DNA from: Heteronotia binoei
Lineage: Eukaryota
Reading direction: 5' to 3'
Assembly: GCF_032191835.1 (NCBI RefSeq)
Contig: NC_083225.1
Coordinates: forward strand, 54,684,001-54,748,000
Length of the DNA stretch: 64,000 nt
Below, piece by piece: positions 24,970-39,493 of this stretch. A model generated the notes under the pieces. That model did not search any database and was not told where the DNA came from. It was given only the letters and a program-made list of their open reading frames with translations. The translations under genes and the position numbers were made by a program. Positions within the stretch are counted from its first letter, which is position 1; every line of letters starts with the position of its first letter.

Positions 24970-27581
24970 GTTAGTAAATCAATAATTATTCAAAACATGT
25001 CTGTTGCTCAGAAAATTAATTCTTAAAGGAAGTGTTTCCTGCTCTGAAAAGTTGGAGCCCCCACTGTTTTGGATTTGTGTGTGTGTGTGTTACTGTTTCA
25101 AATAATTTGCATTTAGTTTGTATAAATAAGCACCTCATACATATTGACTGTCACAGCATAGCTACAGTTATTCCGTGTAATTAATTTTAGCTGCCTGCTG
25201 ATTCCTGTTTTTATTACTGATACACCTTAACTGTAACAGTGTCAAAGTAATTTCATCTCTGCATACCACTTTAGGTTCATTTATAATGTGGTGTGCTTCT
25301 GTTAAATTAAAGTCTAGTATTTTGCTAATGAAATAACTTTAGGCAGCTCTTTGAACTGAGATTTCCAGATTGAAGTATTTAATTAGATTTAAGGCTGCTA
25401 CTGTAAAATGAAGAAAATAAGGTTTTATTAAAGTTACAAATATAGGTTTATTGTTTCAATAACCACAGTATCAAAGCGAGTGGAATTCTGCAGCCACTAT
25501 ATTGTTCTAACTTACTTTCAGCAAAGTGGTGCTTCAGATGGAGGTACTTCTGAAGAGCCCAGGAAGTTTGTGTTTGTAGAGAGCACCCATTTTGAAACAG
25601 CTACCTCCATTATAGGAGGATGTTTGGCTTGAAATCTCCTAACATTATTTGCAGCCTGCTGAAATTTTACTACTGGACTGAACTAGTGTTGCCAGTTCTA
25701 GGTTGGGAAATACCTAGAGATTCGGGGGGGGGGGGGGGTGGAGCCTGTAGGGGGCAGGGTTTGGGAAAGGAGGGGAGGAACTTCAGCATGGCACAATGCC
25801 ATAGAGTACACCCTCCTATGCAGCCATTTTCTCCAGGGGATCTGAGGTTTGGAAATCAGTTGTAAAAGTGGGAAAGCTCCAGGGCCCACCTGGGCTTTGC
25901 AACCTCATGTTGCAGACATTTGTTGATTGGTCCCTCCACTCTATTGCAGTTATGTTGCTGTGGCACCCACTGGCTTTTCTCAGATTTCAGAAGTGCCTGA
26001 AGGTTCAATAGCATTGAGGTCACCAAAACTAGAGAGATAATTGCAGAGGAGATTGTGTATGTCCTTCACTCATTATTATTGTTTAGCCTTTTGATACCAT
26101 TACAAAAGTTAATGCTGCACTCTGAGCTGTCATACTGATTACCTTGAATCACCATAGGAAAAATGCCATTTTGAGCTATGGAAATTATGCATTATACGCC
26201 CAGCATCGCTCCTTGTGGCTCACCGTTAGATCAGGCCATGGTTGTTAAATGTCAAAAAGAACCCAAGATGTTAAAGAGAACCCAAATTCCTAAGAGAACC
26301 CAGCTGATACTGTTTGTCTGTTTGTGAACTATATACAGTTAGGTAACCTGATGCAATTTGTTCCACAGGGGGTCCATGTGGAAACATCAAGTAGTTAAAG
26401 ATCCCTGCTTTTTGGAAGTGTGGCCCATTGTCCTATTTTAAGTCATATTTGCCCCTTGTATGAGCAAGAGGAGAAAAAGTACAGATGTACAATACAGATA
26501 AATTATTCGAAAAACCATTTACAGACTTCTCTGAATTAGAATTCATATATAAATACACACAACCATTTTAAAGGAAGTATACTAATTAACCTATATACTG
26601 TTACTAAGCTTTTTATACTAAACCGTCTGTCTCTCTAATGTAGTCATACATATTTTCCTTACCAAATCTGAGTTTTCTGAAAGTTACACACACAACAGTT
26701 CCTTCTAGCAAAAGCTGAAACTGAAATGTCATGGGCCAATTCACCCCTGCTGTCCCCATTCACACACAAAGAAATACCAGAAGGTTGGAATTGTAAATAC
26801 TGTGAATATTTTACTTATATCTGTCTGAGGTTAGTAGATTTTGTATTAGTATCAATATTAACATTATAAACCCTGATCAGTTTTAGAGGCTTTTTCCTCG
26901 GATGGTATTTGCTGATCTGTATTAATGTATAGATTCTTACGTTATTTGTTTTTTAGTATCTGTGTTTTTATCTGTTATCTCTTGTATTCTGGTCATGGAC
27001 TGTAATAAACTATTTGATTTGAGTACTGTGCAACAGGCAGTGTAACAAATAATGAGCTAAATTTTTATCAACACAGCGAGATCAGGTGATCTCCTCACCC
27101 ACCCAGCACACTTCTTCAAGTGCTGAAACAGGTTCCTACAGATGTTTTGGCAGTTGAAAGGGCAGGGGGGATTGCTCTCAGACAGGACTTTTTTGTAGAA
27201 AAAGCCTATCAGGAACTCATTTGCATATTAGCCCGCACCCCTGTGACATCATCACTATTTTACACATGGCTTTTTGTAGGCCACACCCCCTGACAACAAG
27301 TCAGCCAGAACTGCATCAAAAAAAAGCCTTGCTCTCAGATATCTGCTCTGTAATACTTCAGGAGAATTGCTCATTAATCCCAGACCTATCTCACACCTCA
27401 GGGTTATTTTGGGGAATTTTTTCCTTGAATTCAGATCAGACCACCCCCATGTGTTCCACACTTCCTTTGAAAAGGGGTTGTGCAACCATGTTGTCATGTA
27501 CTTTGCCACTAGCAGAACCCCCTTCTTTTTGTGAATGCGCAATAACGTCATAACATCATAGAACTGTGCCATGGCATTATT

Positions 27582-28152
27582 GGCTATAATGGAGAATGGA
27601 AAAACAACCAAAACTTTTCCCCATCAATACAATACCTTTCAATAAGATATGTAAGATACTTCAAATCCAACCCTAAACCTATTAGTGACTGTGACCCCAA
27701 CCTAACTGTGACTTGAACCATAACCTGAACCCTAACCCTAGGTGCCTATTCATTGTAATGATCCCCATAGGCTATAATGGAGAACAGAAAAACATCCAAA
27801 AATTTTCTCCATCAACACTATACCTTTCAGTATGCTATATAAGCAACTTCTAACCCAACCCTAAACCTAACACTAACTCTAACCCTAACTGAACTGTGAC
27901 CCTAAACCTAGGGGCCCATTCACAATTATGATTCCCATAGGCTATAATGGAGAATAGAAAAACATCCAAAACTTTTCCCCATCAACACTATACCTTTCAG
28001 TATGATATGTAAGCAACTTCTAACCCAACGCTAAACTTAACATGAACTCTGACCCTAACCAAACTGTGACTCGAACCATAACCCTAACCCTAGGGGCCCA
28101 TTCACTCTTATGATTCCCATAGGGCCTATGGGAATCATTACAGTGAATGGGC
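27582..28152. repeat. Three diverged 170-188-bp tandem units with AACCCT-like motifs, ending in a hairpin
   Basis: GGCTATAATGGAGAA at 27582, 27770 and 27940; terminal palindrome ~28095-28152. Confidence 0.8.
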
Positions 28153-31100
28153 AATTTACCAATGATCACAAGAAATAGTAAATGCTGCTCATTTCTGATT
28201 AATCCAAGTCAGCCTGTATCATTTGAATCAAAACTCCTTCCCTGTGGAGAACAGAGCATAGGGTTGTCAGGTCCAACTCAGAAAATATCTGGGGTCTTTG
28301 GGGCAAAGCCAGGAGACTTTCCCATTTCCTAAAATAAATAAAAATACATATAGCAGGGAAGTTCCCCTGAATAGAATCTTAATTTCCTCATTTCCTTAGC
28401 AGCTGGCTGCACTTTCACTAAATGAAAGTCTCTCTCTCTCACACACACACACAACAGTCAAAATAAAGAGTTCGCAAGTTCACACATTTGGGATCTCACT
28501 AGGGCAATTTACTCACAGGAACTGGTGAATGTAACCATTTCCCAGGCTAACAGGAAAACAGAGAGCAGCCTGGGGAGGTGGGGGGTGGAGTTAAGTCTTA
28601 CTCCAAATGAACACTTTTCTTTCTCACACATGCTTCACAAAACTACTTCAGTCTGCTCGCTCACCTAGCCCATACAGTTGTAGTCAGTTAAATCTAAAGG
28701 CACACACAGGACTGAGGGAGGGGACAGGAGAATTTGCAAACCTCCTTCACAGATCTGTGTCTGGAAATGGAAAGCCAAGAGGGGGAAGAAGATAAAGAGC
28801 ACCCTGCAGGATTTTGACACTGAACATACCCCACACACACTTCCTGTTAGTCCCCCGCAGCGTCCAGCACCATTTCAGGCTCCCTTTCCTTTAAAAAAAA
28901 TGTTTGCCTTCTACTGAAGAAAGTAGCCAAGGCACCACCACAGGCAAAAAAAGCCTGGCCTTCACTTTAAGAAAGGAAAGTTGACTTCATACGGACAGAC
29001 CTCTGCTTGGTGCTGTGCAAAAGCAGAGAGCTGCAGATGCCAGTGGGATGCACACAACTGTTGCTCCCAGGGGAAACCCGCTGCCGCTCCTGTGCAAACC
29101 GCTGCCACCTGGCTTCCCCAGAGGAGGAAAGCCATGCTTTTGGAGTACTCCTTGCAGATGGGTCAGGAACACTCCCTGCAGCCCTGTTCACCCACCCTTA
29201 CATACCCACCCCTGAGACAATGGGGTGGAGAACACTGGCTGGCTTCCACATAGAAATAAGCCCCACAACCCTGCTGCTGCATGTGCCTGGAAGGCTGGAT
29301 AGCTTCCTCACCCAGAGTGCAGCACCCAAGTAGGGGGTCCCTCTTTCCCCAGGCCACATGCAGCCAACCCATGGGAGCCCCTGAGCCTCTATTTCTGCTC
29401 AGCACTCATAATTCCCCCAACTGGACAGGGAAGTGAAAGCGAAGACGGCCAAGCGAGGGAGGGCAGGAGGAGGCCAGGCTGCACCTTTGGTGGTTGTGCT
29501 GTTGCTTTCCACGGTGGAAGGAAGGCGGCACCCTCTTGCCCCTCTCCACGCAGGAGGAGAAGTCAGAGAGAGCCCTGATGGAATGGCTGGGTGGCTGCTG
29601 CGGCTTCCTCTTTTGCAGCCTGGTTGAAGTAGGCACTCAGGAGCCACCTCGCCACCAAATGGTGCTATAGGCAGCTGCCTACCTTGCCTACTCTGACATA
29701 CCAGCCATGGTCTTATAACTTCACAACGTTGTAAATAGAGACTAGATGAATCATGGAGAACATTATGGTTGCCACCATTTCAATATCTCCTGCTCCTTCT
29801 TAGTTGCCTACGATGTTCCCTCTAAGATGCAGAGTCTTGTGAGCAAAATTTCTACTGGTATTGTGAGCTACTGGCATTAAAGTTGTGACCTACCGCATAA
29901 ATTATTGTGCTCTGGGACCATTTTTCTTGAGCTTAGACAAAAATGTGTGAGCTGGAGACTAAAAATCTGTGAGCTAGCTCACACTAACTCAGCTTAGAGA
30001 GAACACTGGTTGCCAACTAAGAAAATGGCTGATGATAATCAAACTGGATACATTATGAAGCACGCTAAATGTGCCCTCATATACTTAATCAGCAATGGAA
30101 CCTCCTTTGTATTTTTTTTCATAGCAATAATGTTCATAACATTGGGGGAAAAATACGCTGGGAGCTATAGGGGAAGAGGGGGGAAGAATGAAGCAACAAC
30201 CCACATGTGGCATCAAAACCCATCCACCAAAAAAGGAAAGGAAGGGTAATTGCACAGAGAAGGCTACATGAAAGCTCGCTGCCCGTTTTGTTTCAATGTT
30301 ATAACATTGCTATATTATAATGAAAAAACCATGTCATAATGCAATCAACTGTGCTTAAAAATTACTGGATTTCTCAGGGGACAGCCTGAGGGGTGGGTAG
30401 GAGTGGGGTGAACATGCAACAGTGACGATACAAAATGACAGTTGGAAACAGATTCAAAATTGGGAATTCCTCCAGTTCAGATCCAAAGGGGGAATTCTGC
30501 AAGTTCAGATTCAAAGGGAGAAAAAACTCAGAAAAGGCGGATCCAGAAAATATCAGGTAATTAGGCATTAAATTTGAATCTACTCCTGGGGAGACAAAAA
30601 GTTGTGCAGAAAGTTTTACAAACGTCGATTATTTAAGGACACCAATGTGAGGGCATGCACTTGTGCAGAAATGGTCCCACACCCCTGAGTTCGACACCAC
30701 ATAAAATGAGCAGAGATTCTGTTTTCCAACAGCTTTGGACCTGGCTGGAATAAATGGCTGCCTCTGTTTATTAAACCATTTCCACTCCACTTTTTCATCC
30801 TATATAGGATCCCCAGGGCTACTTTCAACAACAACAAAAATTAAAGCAATAAAACAGTATAATACACTGATCCAGCAGAAGAGCAATATACAATGTGTGA
30901 AGGATAAAATCAGTCATCAGCCCAATACAATAAATCACCAAACAAATCAAAGCTATCTCTGCAAATGTGAGCTCCCCAAACACCCTCTTAATAAAGGATC
31001 ATCTTCAGCAGCCATCAAAACACTAATAAGGAAGGGAGCAGATGAGCCTTTTGTAACAGGCTTTTCCAAAGTTGCAGCATCCTCTTTTTGTGGCCACCCA

Positions 31101-31397
31101 TTTTAGATGGCACAGGTACTTGGAAAAAGTATTCTGACATCAGATTTCAAGTCAATCTATATAAGAGAAGGTGATTTGTTTATGGTCTGTACTGTTTTGA
31201 CCTGTCTGAAACCTCAAAATCTCCTAGAGCCAGCCTAATTGGCAACCAGTTCAGAGAATGTAAAATAAGAGAAGCATAGTCCTGGCAGCTTTCTGTGCCA
31301 TCTGGCAGCTGCCTTCTGTACCCAGTGTAGAATCTTAGAATTTAGTGCAAGTTAAATGGAATTTCCATACCTTGAACATGAAAAAGTACTTCTAGAT

Positions 31398-31676
31398 AGA
31401 AGAAGATGATATTGGATTTATATCCCACCCTATACTCTGAATCTCAGCGTCTCAGAGCGGTCACAATCTCCTCTACCTCCCCTCCCTCCACAACAGACAA
31501 CCTGTGAGGTAGGTGGGGCTGAGAGAGCTCTTACAGGAGTTGCCCTTTCAAGGACAACTCCTACGAGAGCTATGGTTGATCCAAGGCCATTCCAGCAGGT
31601 GCAAGTGGAGGATTTGGGAATCAACCCCTGTTCTCCCAGATAAGAGTCCACACAACCACTACACCAAACTGGCTCT
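31398..31676 (-). mobile_element. tRNA-derived SINE (Squam3-like)
   Basis: Head AGAGCCAGTTTGGTGTAGTGGTT and (TTC)n tail on -; same family as 38276-38561. Confidence 0.8.
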
Positions 31677-32248
31677 AAGAGATTGAATGCACTGTTGCTC
31701 TAGAAATTTCCATCCAATGCGTCTACATGATGGGTTGCAAACAAAGATCTCGTGAACCTTTTCAGCAAACGTGTGAAACTTGCTTCTGTGAGTTGCGTAT
31801 TAGGAAGAAAAACAGGAAGATCTAATGGGGAAATTATTAAATAGGATATTATTCACATTAACTGGATAGGGAAAAACGAGAATATAGCTTTGCCTAAAGC
31901 AATATGAACAAAATCTTGCTTTCCGTAAGTCCCTTTAACCATATCTGACCACATATCAGTATAAAGAGCCTTAATAAGGAACTCCACAAGCATACTTGCA
32001 CATCTGGGTGTACATCTGCATTCTGATTCTTCTCTGAGCCCTATTCAAATAAGGATGTCCTCAGATTTTTTTTAAAGCTAAGTGATAATGACCTTTATTC
32101 TTTGTTCATTTTAAAAATACTATGTAATACTATGTAAAATGTATCTTAAAGCTTTTTAATAAACCTGTTGACTAAGGTGAAGTAAAAATATAAATTCCTG
32201 CCATAGTGGCAAAAAAATAATAATAAATCAGCAGAGATTTCTCACCAT

Positions 32249-33742
32249 TTGTTGTTCAGTTGCACAGTTGAGTCTGACTCTTTGCAACCCCATGGACAGG
32301 CCCTCCTGTCTTCCACCATCCTCCGAAGTCTGCTCAAATTCATGTTTGTTACATCAGTAACGCTGTCCAGCCATCTCATCTTTTGCCATCCCCTTCTTTT
32401 ACCTTCTGTCTTTCCCAGCATCAGGATCTTCTCCAGTGAGTGCTCCCTTCTCATTTGGTGGCCAAAGTATTTGAGCTTCAGCTTCAGCATCTGACTTTCC
32501 AGGGAACAGTCTGGGTTGATTTCCCTTAGGACTGACTGATTTGATCTTCTTGCATTCCAAGGGATTCTAAAGATTCTTCTCCAGCACCAGAGTTCAAAAG
32601 CATCTATTCTTCTGCACTTGGCCTTCCTTATGGTCCAGCTCTCACAGCCATACAATACTACTGGGAATACCATCACTTTGACTATACGGACTTTTGTTGG
32701 CAGGCTGATGTCTCTGCTTTTTATTATACTGCCCAGGTTCGCCATAGCTGTCCTCCCAAGGAGCAAACGTCTTTTAATTTCATGGCTACAGTCACGATCT
32801 GCAGTGATCTTGGATCCCAGAAATGTGAAGTCTGTCACTACTTCCATATCTTCCCCTTCTATTTGCCAAGGTGTGATGGGGCCAGATGCCATGATCTTAG
32901 TTTTTTTGATGTTGAGTTTCAAGCCTACTTTTGTGCTCTCCTCTTTCACCCTCAACAAGAGGTTCTTTAGGTCCTCCTCACTTTCTGCCATTAGAGTGGT
33001 GTCATCTGCATATCTGAGGTTGTTGATGTTTTTCCCAGCAATATTAATTCCGGCTTGTGCTTCATCCAGGCCAGCATTTCGTATGATGTACTCTGCATAT
33101 AAATTAAATAAGCAGGGTGACAATATACATCCTTGTCCTTTTCCTGTTCTAAACCAATCAGTTGTTCCATATCCCGTTCTGACAGTTGCTTCTTGACCCT
33201 TATACAGGTTTCTAAGGAGACATGTGAGGTGGTCTGGTACTCCCATCTTTTTAAGGACTTGCCACAGTTTGTTGTGATCCACACAGTCAAAGGCTTTAGC
33301 GTAGTCAATTAAACAGAAATATATGTTTTTCTGATACTCCCGTGCTTTCTCCATAATCCAGCGAACGTTGGCAATTCGATCTCTAGTTCCTCTACCTCTC
33401 CGAAACCCAGCTTGAACTTCTGTTAGTTCCCAATCTCCATACTGCTAAAGCCTAGCTTGTAGGATCTTTAACATGACCTTGCTGGCATGTGAAATGAGTG
33501 CAATGGTGCGATAGTCTGAACATTACTTGGCATTACCCTTCTTTGGGATTGGAATATAAACCGCTCTTTTCCAATCCTATGGCCACTGTTGCATTTTCCA
33601 GATTTGTTGACATAATGTGTGCATTACTTTAACAGCATCATCTTTTAGGACTTTGAAAAGCTCAATTGGGATACAGTCACCTCCGCTCGCTTTGTTGTTA
33701 GTATTGCTTTCTAAGGCCCATTTGACTTCACACTCCAGAATA
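32249..33742 (-). mobile_element. 5'-truncated RTE-BovB LINE with 8-bp TSD
   Basis: ORF EKAREYQKNIYFCLIDYAKAFDCVDHNKLW...QGCILSP...YADDT; BovB-type 3' end. TSD CTCACCAT at 32241-32248 and 33743-33750. Confidence 0.95.
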
Positions 33743-35795
33743 CTCACCATACTAACCTGAGAAATGGTTCAAACTCATTTTTAACAAGACTCTTTATTTG
33801 AGGGAAACAGTGTGTGTGTGAAAACGGTCCTGCAGAGTAAAAGTATGTTACTGAGTGGATTTAATCCAAAAGGGAAAAAAAGTCTTTGCATCTGTTTTAG
33901 GAGAGAGGTCAAACAGAGGGAAAGCGGGAGGAGGACTCATTCTTACAGCACTAAAAAGCAACTCTAATTCACTGGCTGTCACACAGCAGATGAGTTGTTT
34001 TCATTTGCATATTCAGTGTACCTGGGAAGGTTACAGGATGAGAGTTATGAGGACTCTAAACTCTGTTGTGTTGTCTGGCTCCATACAGAGCAAAGTAGGC
34101 GGGTTACCACAAACCGTTGCTTTGCTTTTTTAATCTCCTAAACAGAGACTGCCATCTAGTGGAGCACAGGGCATTCAACTCACCTAACTTGAATCATCCC
34201 AAGGAAATAAATAGATATCATACATCCCCAAGTAATCTTAAACATATCGGTGTCCACCTTTGAAATTGAATGTTACCATTAAATTAGACTTCCTTAATAC
34301 AACCAACCAGAGCTCATGTCCTGAAAAATATCTGAGGAACAAACAAAACAAAACAAAATTATTTTTAATTAAGCAGTCCGGCAATTTCAGTCAAGAGATT
34401 TTCAAAGACTTCCAGTCAAAGGAGCTCATTGTTAATAAAGATCTTAAAAGAAGGATTTTTTCAGAGCACTAATCTCTTTCTAGGGACCAGACGCTGAAAC
34501 ATGGATGTTCTGCACTTTGAAAAGAAACACTGTGACTGGAAGCATTGATCATAATTTATCCATAGCCAAATCAGCCAGTTAAGATTAGAGATGTGGGAAG
34601 ACTGAGAGATGACAATTAGGAAATGACAGATCAACAGTTAGAGCGGTGGAGGGATGACAGTTAGTAGGCTCAGTTTTCAGAAGAATTATAGTAGATCTCA
34701 GACTGACAGGGAACTCTTAAAGGGAAAACTGTATTCTCAGCTAAGGGCAGCAGAGGAAAATTTAATTTATTGTAGTGGTTCAGCAATTGATGTATCCCTC
34801 CTGCCTCGGTGCAGTGTTTGCCAAGTGTTGCAGCTATCTGGCACTTTGCCACTGAAGAATGTTTGCACACAAATGAAATCATGCTGTAAAAAACTCCTTT
34901 CACCTCAGGCTTGAACACGTACAAATAAATATTTGTTTTTTTTAAAATGAATCCTTTACATCTTGAGCACATATAGGAACATGCTCTGCTCACCATGCAT
35001 AGGCCATTATTTGGCAGGGAACAGAACAGTCTGTTATATTCCTAGGAAAGTCCTGGTAAGACACTCCAAGGGAAAGGATCTACATGGCACGCATGTAGTA
35101 CAAGGGTTCTATCTCACGATATTGTAGCCACAATAAGACCTTAGGATCCTCTTTGTCCACATAGCATTCTGACAGACCTCAGCATTGCTGATAAGGTGAA
35201 GCCCATCCTTACAAATGGCATGATAAATACACTGATCCATTCCCATGGCAATCTACCGCAAATTTATACAACACATTAGGAGAATCAGAGTGACTAAGTA
35301 CATTAAACTACCTGTATGATCATCCCTTGAAAGCATGAAGTTTCCTTGTTAATATAAATATAGTGCTACACCACCAAATTGACCATTTCGGGGTGCACAG
35401 GCTAGGGAAGCCAACCTCCAGGTGGGACCGAGCATCCCCCAGAATTACAGTTCATCTCCAGATTACAGAGATCAGTTCCCCTGGAGAAAATGGATGCTTT
35501 GGAGGATGACTCTATGGCATTGTACACCACTGATGTCCCTGTCCTCCCTAGGCTTCACCCCCCAAATTCCAGGACTTTCCCAGCCTGTAGCTGGCACTGC
35601 TACCCTAGTGCCATGGGTCCACCTCTATTAACTCTTCAACCGGCCCCTTTAGGGTTGGGGACTATTTCCCTTGATGTTAACTCACATATAGGAATAGCTC
35701 CAAATCAGCCACTCTTTGTAGAATAATGCTCAGCAGAGTTTCCATGGAATAGCTCTGAATGTGATGAAAGATCTTGATGAACATATTAAACTTTG

Positions 35796-36031
35796 NNNNN
35801 NNNNNNNNNNNNNNNNNNNNNNNNNNNNNNNNNNNNNNNNNNNNNNNNNNNNNNNNNNNNNNNNNNNNNNNNNNNNNNNNNNNNNNNNNNNNNNNNNNNN
35901 NNNNNNNNNNNNNNNNNNNNNNNNNNNNNNNNNNNNNNNNNNNNNNNNNNNNNNNNNNNNNNNNNNNNNNNNNNNNNNNNNNNNNNNNNNNNNNNNNNNN
36001 NNNNNNNNNNNNNNNNNNNNNNNNNNNNNNN
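35796..36031. other. Assembly gap (236 N)
   Basis: N run. Confidence 1.
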
Positions 36032-36328
36032 AATAGTCACTTGCAAGGTGCACTTGTTTTTGGCTGTGCCACTACCTTTCATAGCCAGTCATGTTTTGCC
36101 AGCTTTTTTCTCTAGGGCTTCCCAAGCTTGCAATATGTGATTGACAGTTGATGACACAAGAATGGGGGAAGGGGGGAGAGAGATATATAAAATGTGTATG
36201 CTATAAGCCCCAGTGGCTCTCCCACTTAAAACTATTGTCTGTCTCCAACTTTTAAAAAATACACGTATAAAATGCTGGAAGGTTTTTCTTTCTTTTATAA
36301 AAAACTTATTAAAAACCTGTCTTTCTAA

Positions 36329-36520
<192 letters not shown>

Positions 36521-38275
36521 TGAACATATTTACTTGTGAAAAAGGTCTAAATAAAGCTGCAAGTTATGGGAAGATGCATGAGGGATGCCAACACAAATCT
36601 CCCAATAATATATGAAATGATATAATTTGGTTAACATTTCCCCAGCCCAGGAAGCAGCAGCCAATGAAATAGACAGGAAAATGCCAATGTGACATTTTGC
36701 CATTTTTTTCACCTATGAGTTACAAGAATGACATGGGTCAGCAGCATCTAGACTTTTCTGCATACCATGGCTGGAACTTACCCTTGTGCCACCTTTGTGA
36801 GCTCTGGGCCTGGGGGTCAGAGCAGTAGAGGACCATGCAACCTCCAGCATTCTGACCTCCCACCCACCCCACTTTTTCAAATCGATGCTGCCACCAGGGC
36901 CTTGGCCCTGTTGTTTCATGGCTTCCCTCCCACCCTCCCTGTGCTTCTGTTTTACAGGTCTTGTTTAATATTTTCTTTGCATTGTTATTGTCACACCTTG
37001 GGAGAGTTTGGGCATTGGGACAGATCATTTTGTGTAGGGAGACAGTGTTGGTGTGCCCACATTCTTGGGACACCCTTAAGGGATCTTGAGGTAGAGCCAA
37101 TTTAGCAACATGCCCAGATCAGGAACTCTCAGTGGGGCTCTCATTACCAAGTGTCAAAAGGACCCATGCAACAGCTGGTGCCCACATGGTCCCACAAGGA
37201 TTGCTACTCATCAGTTGCACCCCCAGCAAGTGGGCTAGGTACATAGATCAGCAAGCAGGTCATCTAATGCAGGATCCATCCCCATTCTGTGCCAGTGTTC
37301 CTGGAGAGTATTCAATAAAGCCATGGCCTTTTTCAGCACAAGGTTCTCAGTAGTCCATTGTATCATTCTTCATCTGTGCCCCTACTTATGCCCTCTGGGC
37401 CCACAAAACCTGTTGTTTTGGCCTACATAACACTATAGATTAGGGGATGGAGTCTATCAAAACATCTGGGTGGCAAAAGATAGCGAAAGGTCATCCCCAA
37501 AAAGGTTATGTGAGGATTGTGGGGTTCACTAACAAAGCAATATGGAATAGAGACTGCAGTGAGGAGGGGAATGGAACACGGAGTGGAAAAGCTAGCTGCA
37601 CCCAGCTGGAGAACACCATACTGTTTTAAGCTGGAGAACACTAGACTGGAATCAGTATCCACCCGAATTCTATTTCCCCTGAAATGAATAAGAATGTGCT
37701 ATCTGCTTTTTCAGTGAAGAATGTTAACAGATGATCTATCATTTGGTTTTCATGTGGGTACCCAGTGGTCCCTCTCTCTGTGGAAGGAAAACATTTCCAG
37801 TCAGGAAAACAGCAATGGGGCAAAGAGGGTTTTTTAGAAAAACACTTTCTGGAGCTGGGAGGAGGACATATCTTGCTTTTTTGCATTTCATAAAATACAT
37901 GTTTGAAGATTCCCAGCCTCGTGTGTAATTTGACTTTCAGTCTGTTGGAAGGCTGCTCCTTTTGTAACTTTCTATTACAGACCTGCCTGGAAGCAGGCAG
38001 CAGTAGATTGAGTATAAAAGTATAAGTGAATGGGAGGGGGGATGAAGATTGCCTTCCAAAGCCCTATTGTAATGCATGGGGAACCACACAAGAGTTCAAC
38101 GTACCATTATAGAGCTCCGATTCATTTCAGTAAGACTGGCGCAGGAGATCTTCCTGCTGGATTCTGCGTGTGATGCAGTTGTTTATCTATAATTGTTAGT
38201 GGTGTATGTGTTTACAATCTTATATCATTGATCCATAGGAACCCTGAGGACATCCCCTTTTATAGACCAGATTGA

Positions 38276-38561
38276 AGAGCCAGTTTGGTGTAATGGTTAG
38301 GTGTGCGGACTCTTATCTGGGAGAACCGGGTTTGATTCCCCACTCCTCCACTTGCACCTGCTAGCATGGCCTTGGGTCAGCCATAGCTCTGGCAGAGGTT
38401 GTCCTTGAAAGGGCAGCTGCTGTGAGAGCCCTCTCCAGCCCCACCCACCTCACAGGGTGTTTGTTGTGGGGGAGGAAGGTAAAGGAGATTGTGAGCCACT
38501 CTGAGACTCTTTGAAGTGGAGGGTGGGATATAAATCCAATATCTTCTTCTTCTTCTTCTTC
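38276..38561 (+). mobile_element. tRNA-derived SINE (Squam3-like)
   Basis: A-box/B-box head, GGATATAAATCCAAT, (TCT)n tail. Confidence 0.8.
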
Positions 38562-39443
38562 AGATCTGAAGATGAGAAATTCTAACAGTGAAGTCCTAAT
38601 TAGAGTCACATCCATTTGAATCCATTGAAGTCAATGGGCATAGGCTGTTATTCTGTTTAGGATCACACTGTATGTCTCTCATTCTCAAGGCTTGTATTGG
38701 ACACTGTCGTTGTCAGTTATCTCAGTACTTGAGCTTTAAAAACAAATTGTGAAATTGAAAGTGGAAGTGGAGCCTCTTTGTTGCTGCCATATCCTCCAGT
38801 ACTTCTGTCATCACTGTATACATGGAGGATCCCTTCTCAGCTCACACGAGATTAAAGCAAAGACCAGTATCCCGACAAAGAGCAGCATAGTGACTGGTTT
38901 ATTAATACTAGAGATTGTATGGCTTTACACGCCATCTTTTCCTTTAACAAGTTAACACTACTAGAACTGAACAGCAGAGAGTGGTGTCTGTTTCAGTGCT
39001 TCTAACATGCTCTGAGATGTACACATGGTTTTTGTTGGGGTTTTATTGTGATACTTGAATCCAAAACAATGGTTTTAAGCTCCCCCTAGAAACATCACTT
39101 CCAGGTGACGTCATCGCATCAGGGACATCATACAACATCTCTGCCCACCCCCAGAACACCCCACAAATCCTCCCCATTGGATGAGCAAGGAGACCTGGCA
39201 ACCTGTGAACCACCACAGAGAATGTTCATGACCAGGGAGCTTGCTGATATTACTATTTTGCAGGAAGTTTGAAGGTTCTGTTCAGATGATCAAAGCTGCC
39301 GTGGCAGAGCACAAGGTGTCCCCCAGTCATTTGATATATAGTAGCATGCATATAGTCTATAAACCTTTGCCCTTGTTTTCCACGTTCAGTGGACAATTTT
39401 TCCAGACCCTTACATTTGTTGCTTGTAATTTTTCTCTCTGCAG

Positions 39444-39493
39444 AATTCAACTAAAGTGGCTAAGGCACCATCTCCATGGAGTACTAGTGGAAA
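39444..39493 (+). CDS. AFF3: AFF3 coding exon 9 of window
   Basis: ctgcag / GTAAGT; NSTKVAKAPSPWSTSG(K). Confidence 0.94.

Noticed and set aside
39264-39315. Possible extra AFF3 cassette exon (ttttgcag...CACAAG/gtgtcc)
   Set aside because: 52 nt, TGA in the required phase, weak donor, no AFF3 homology.
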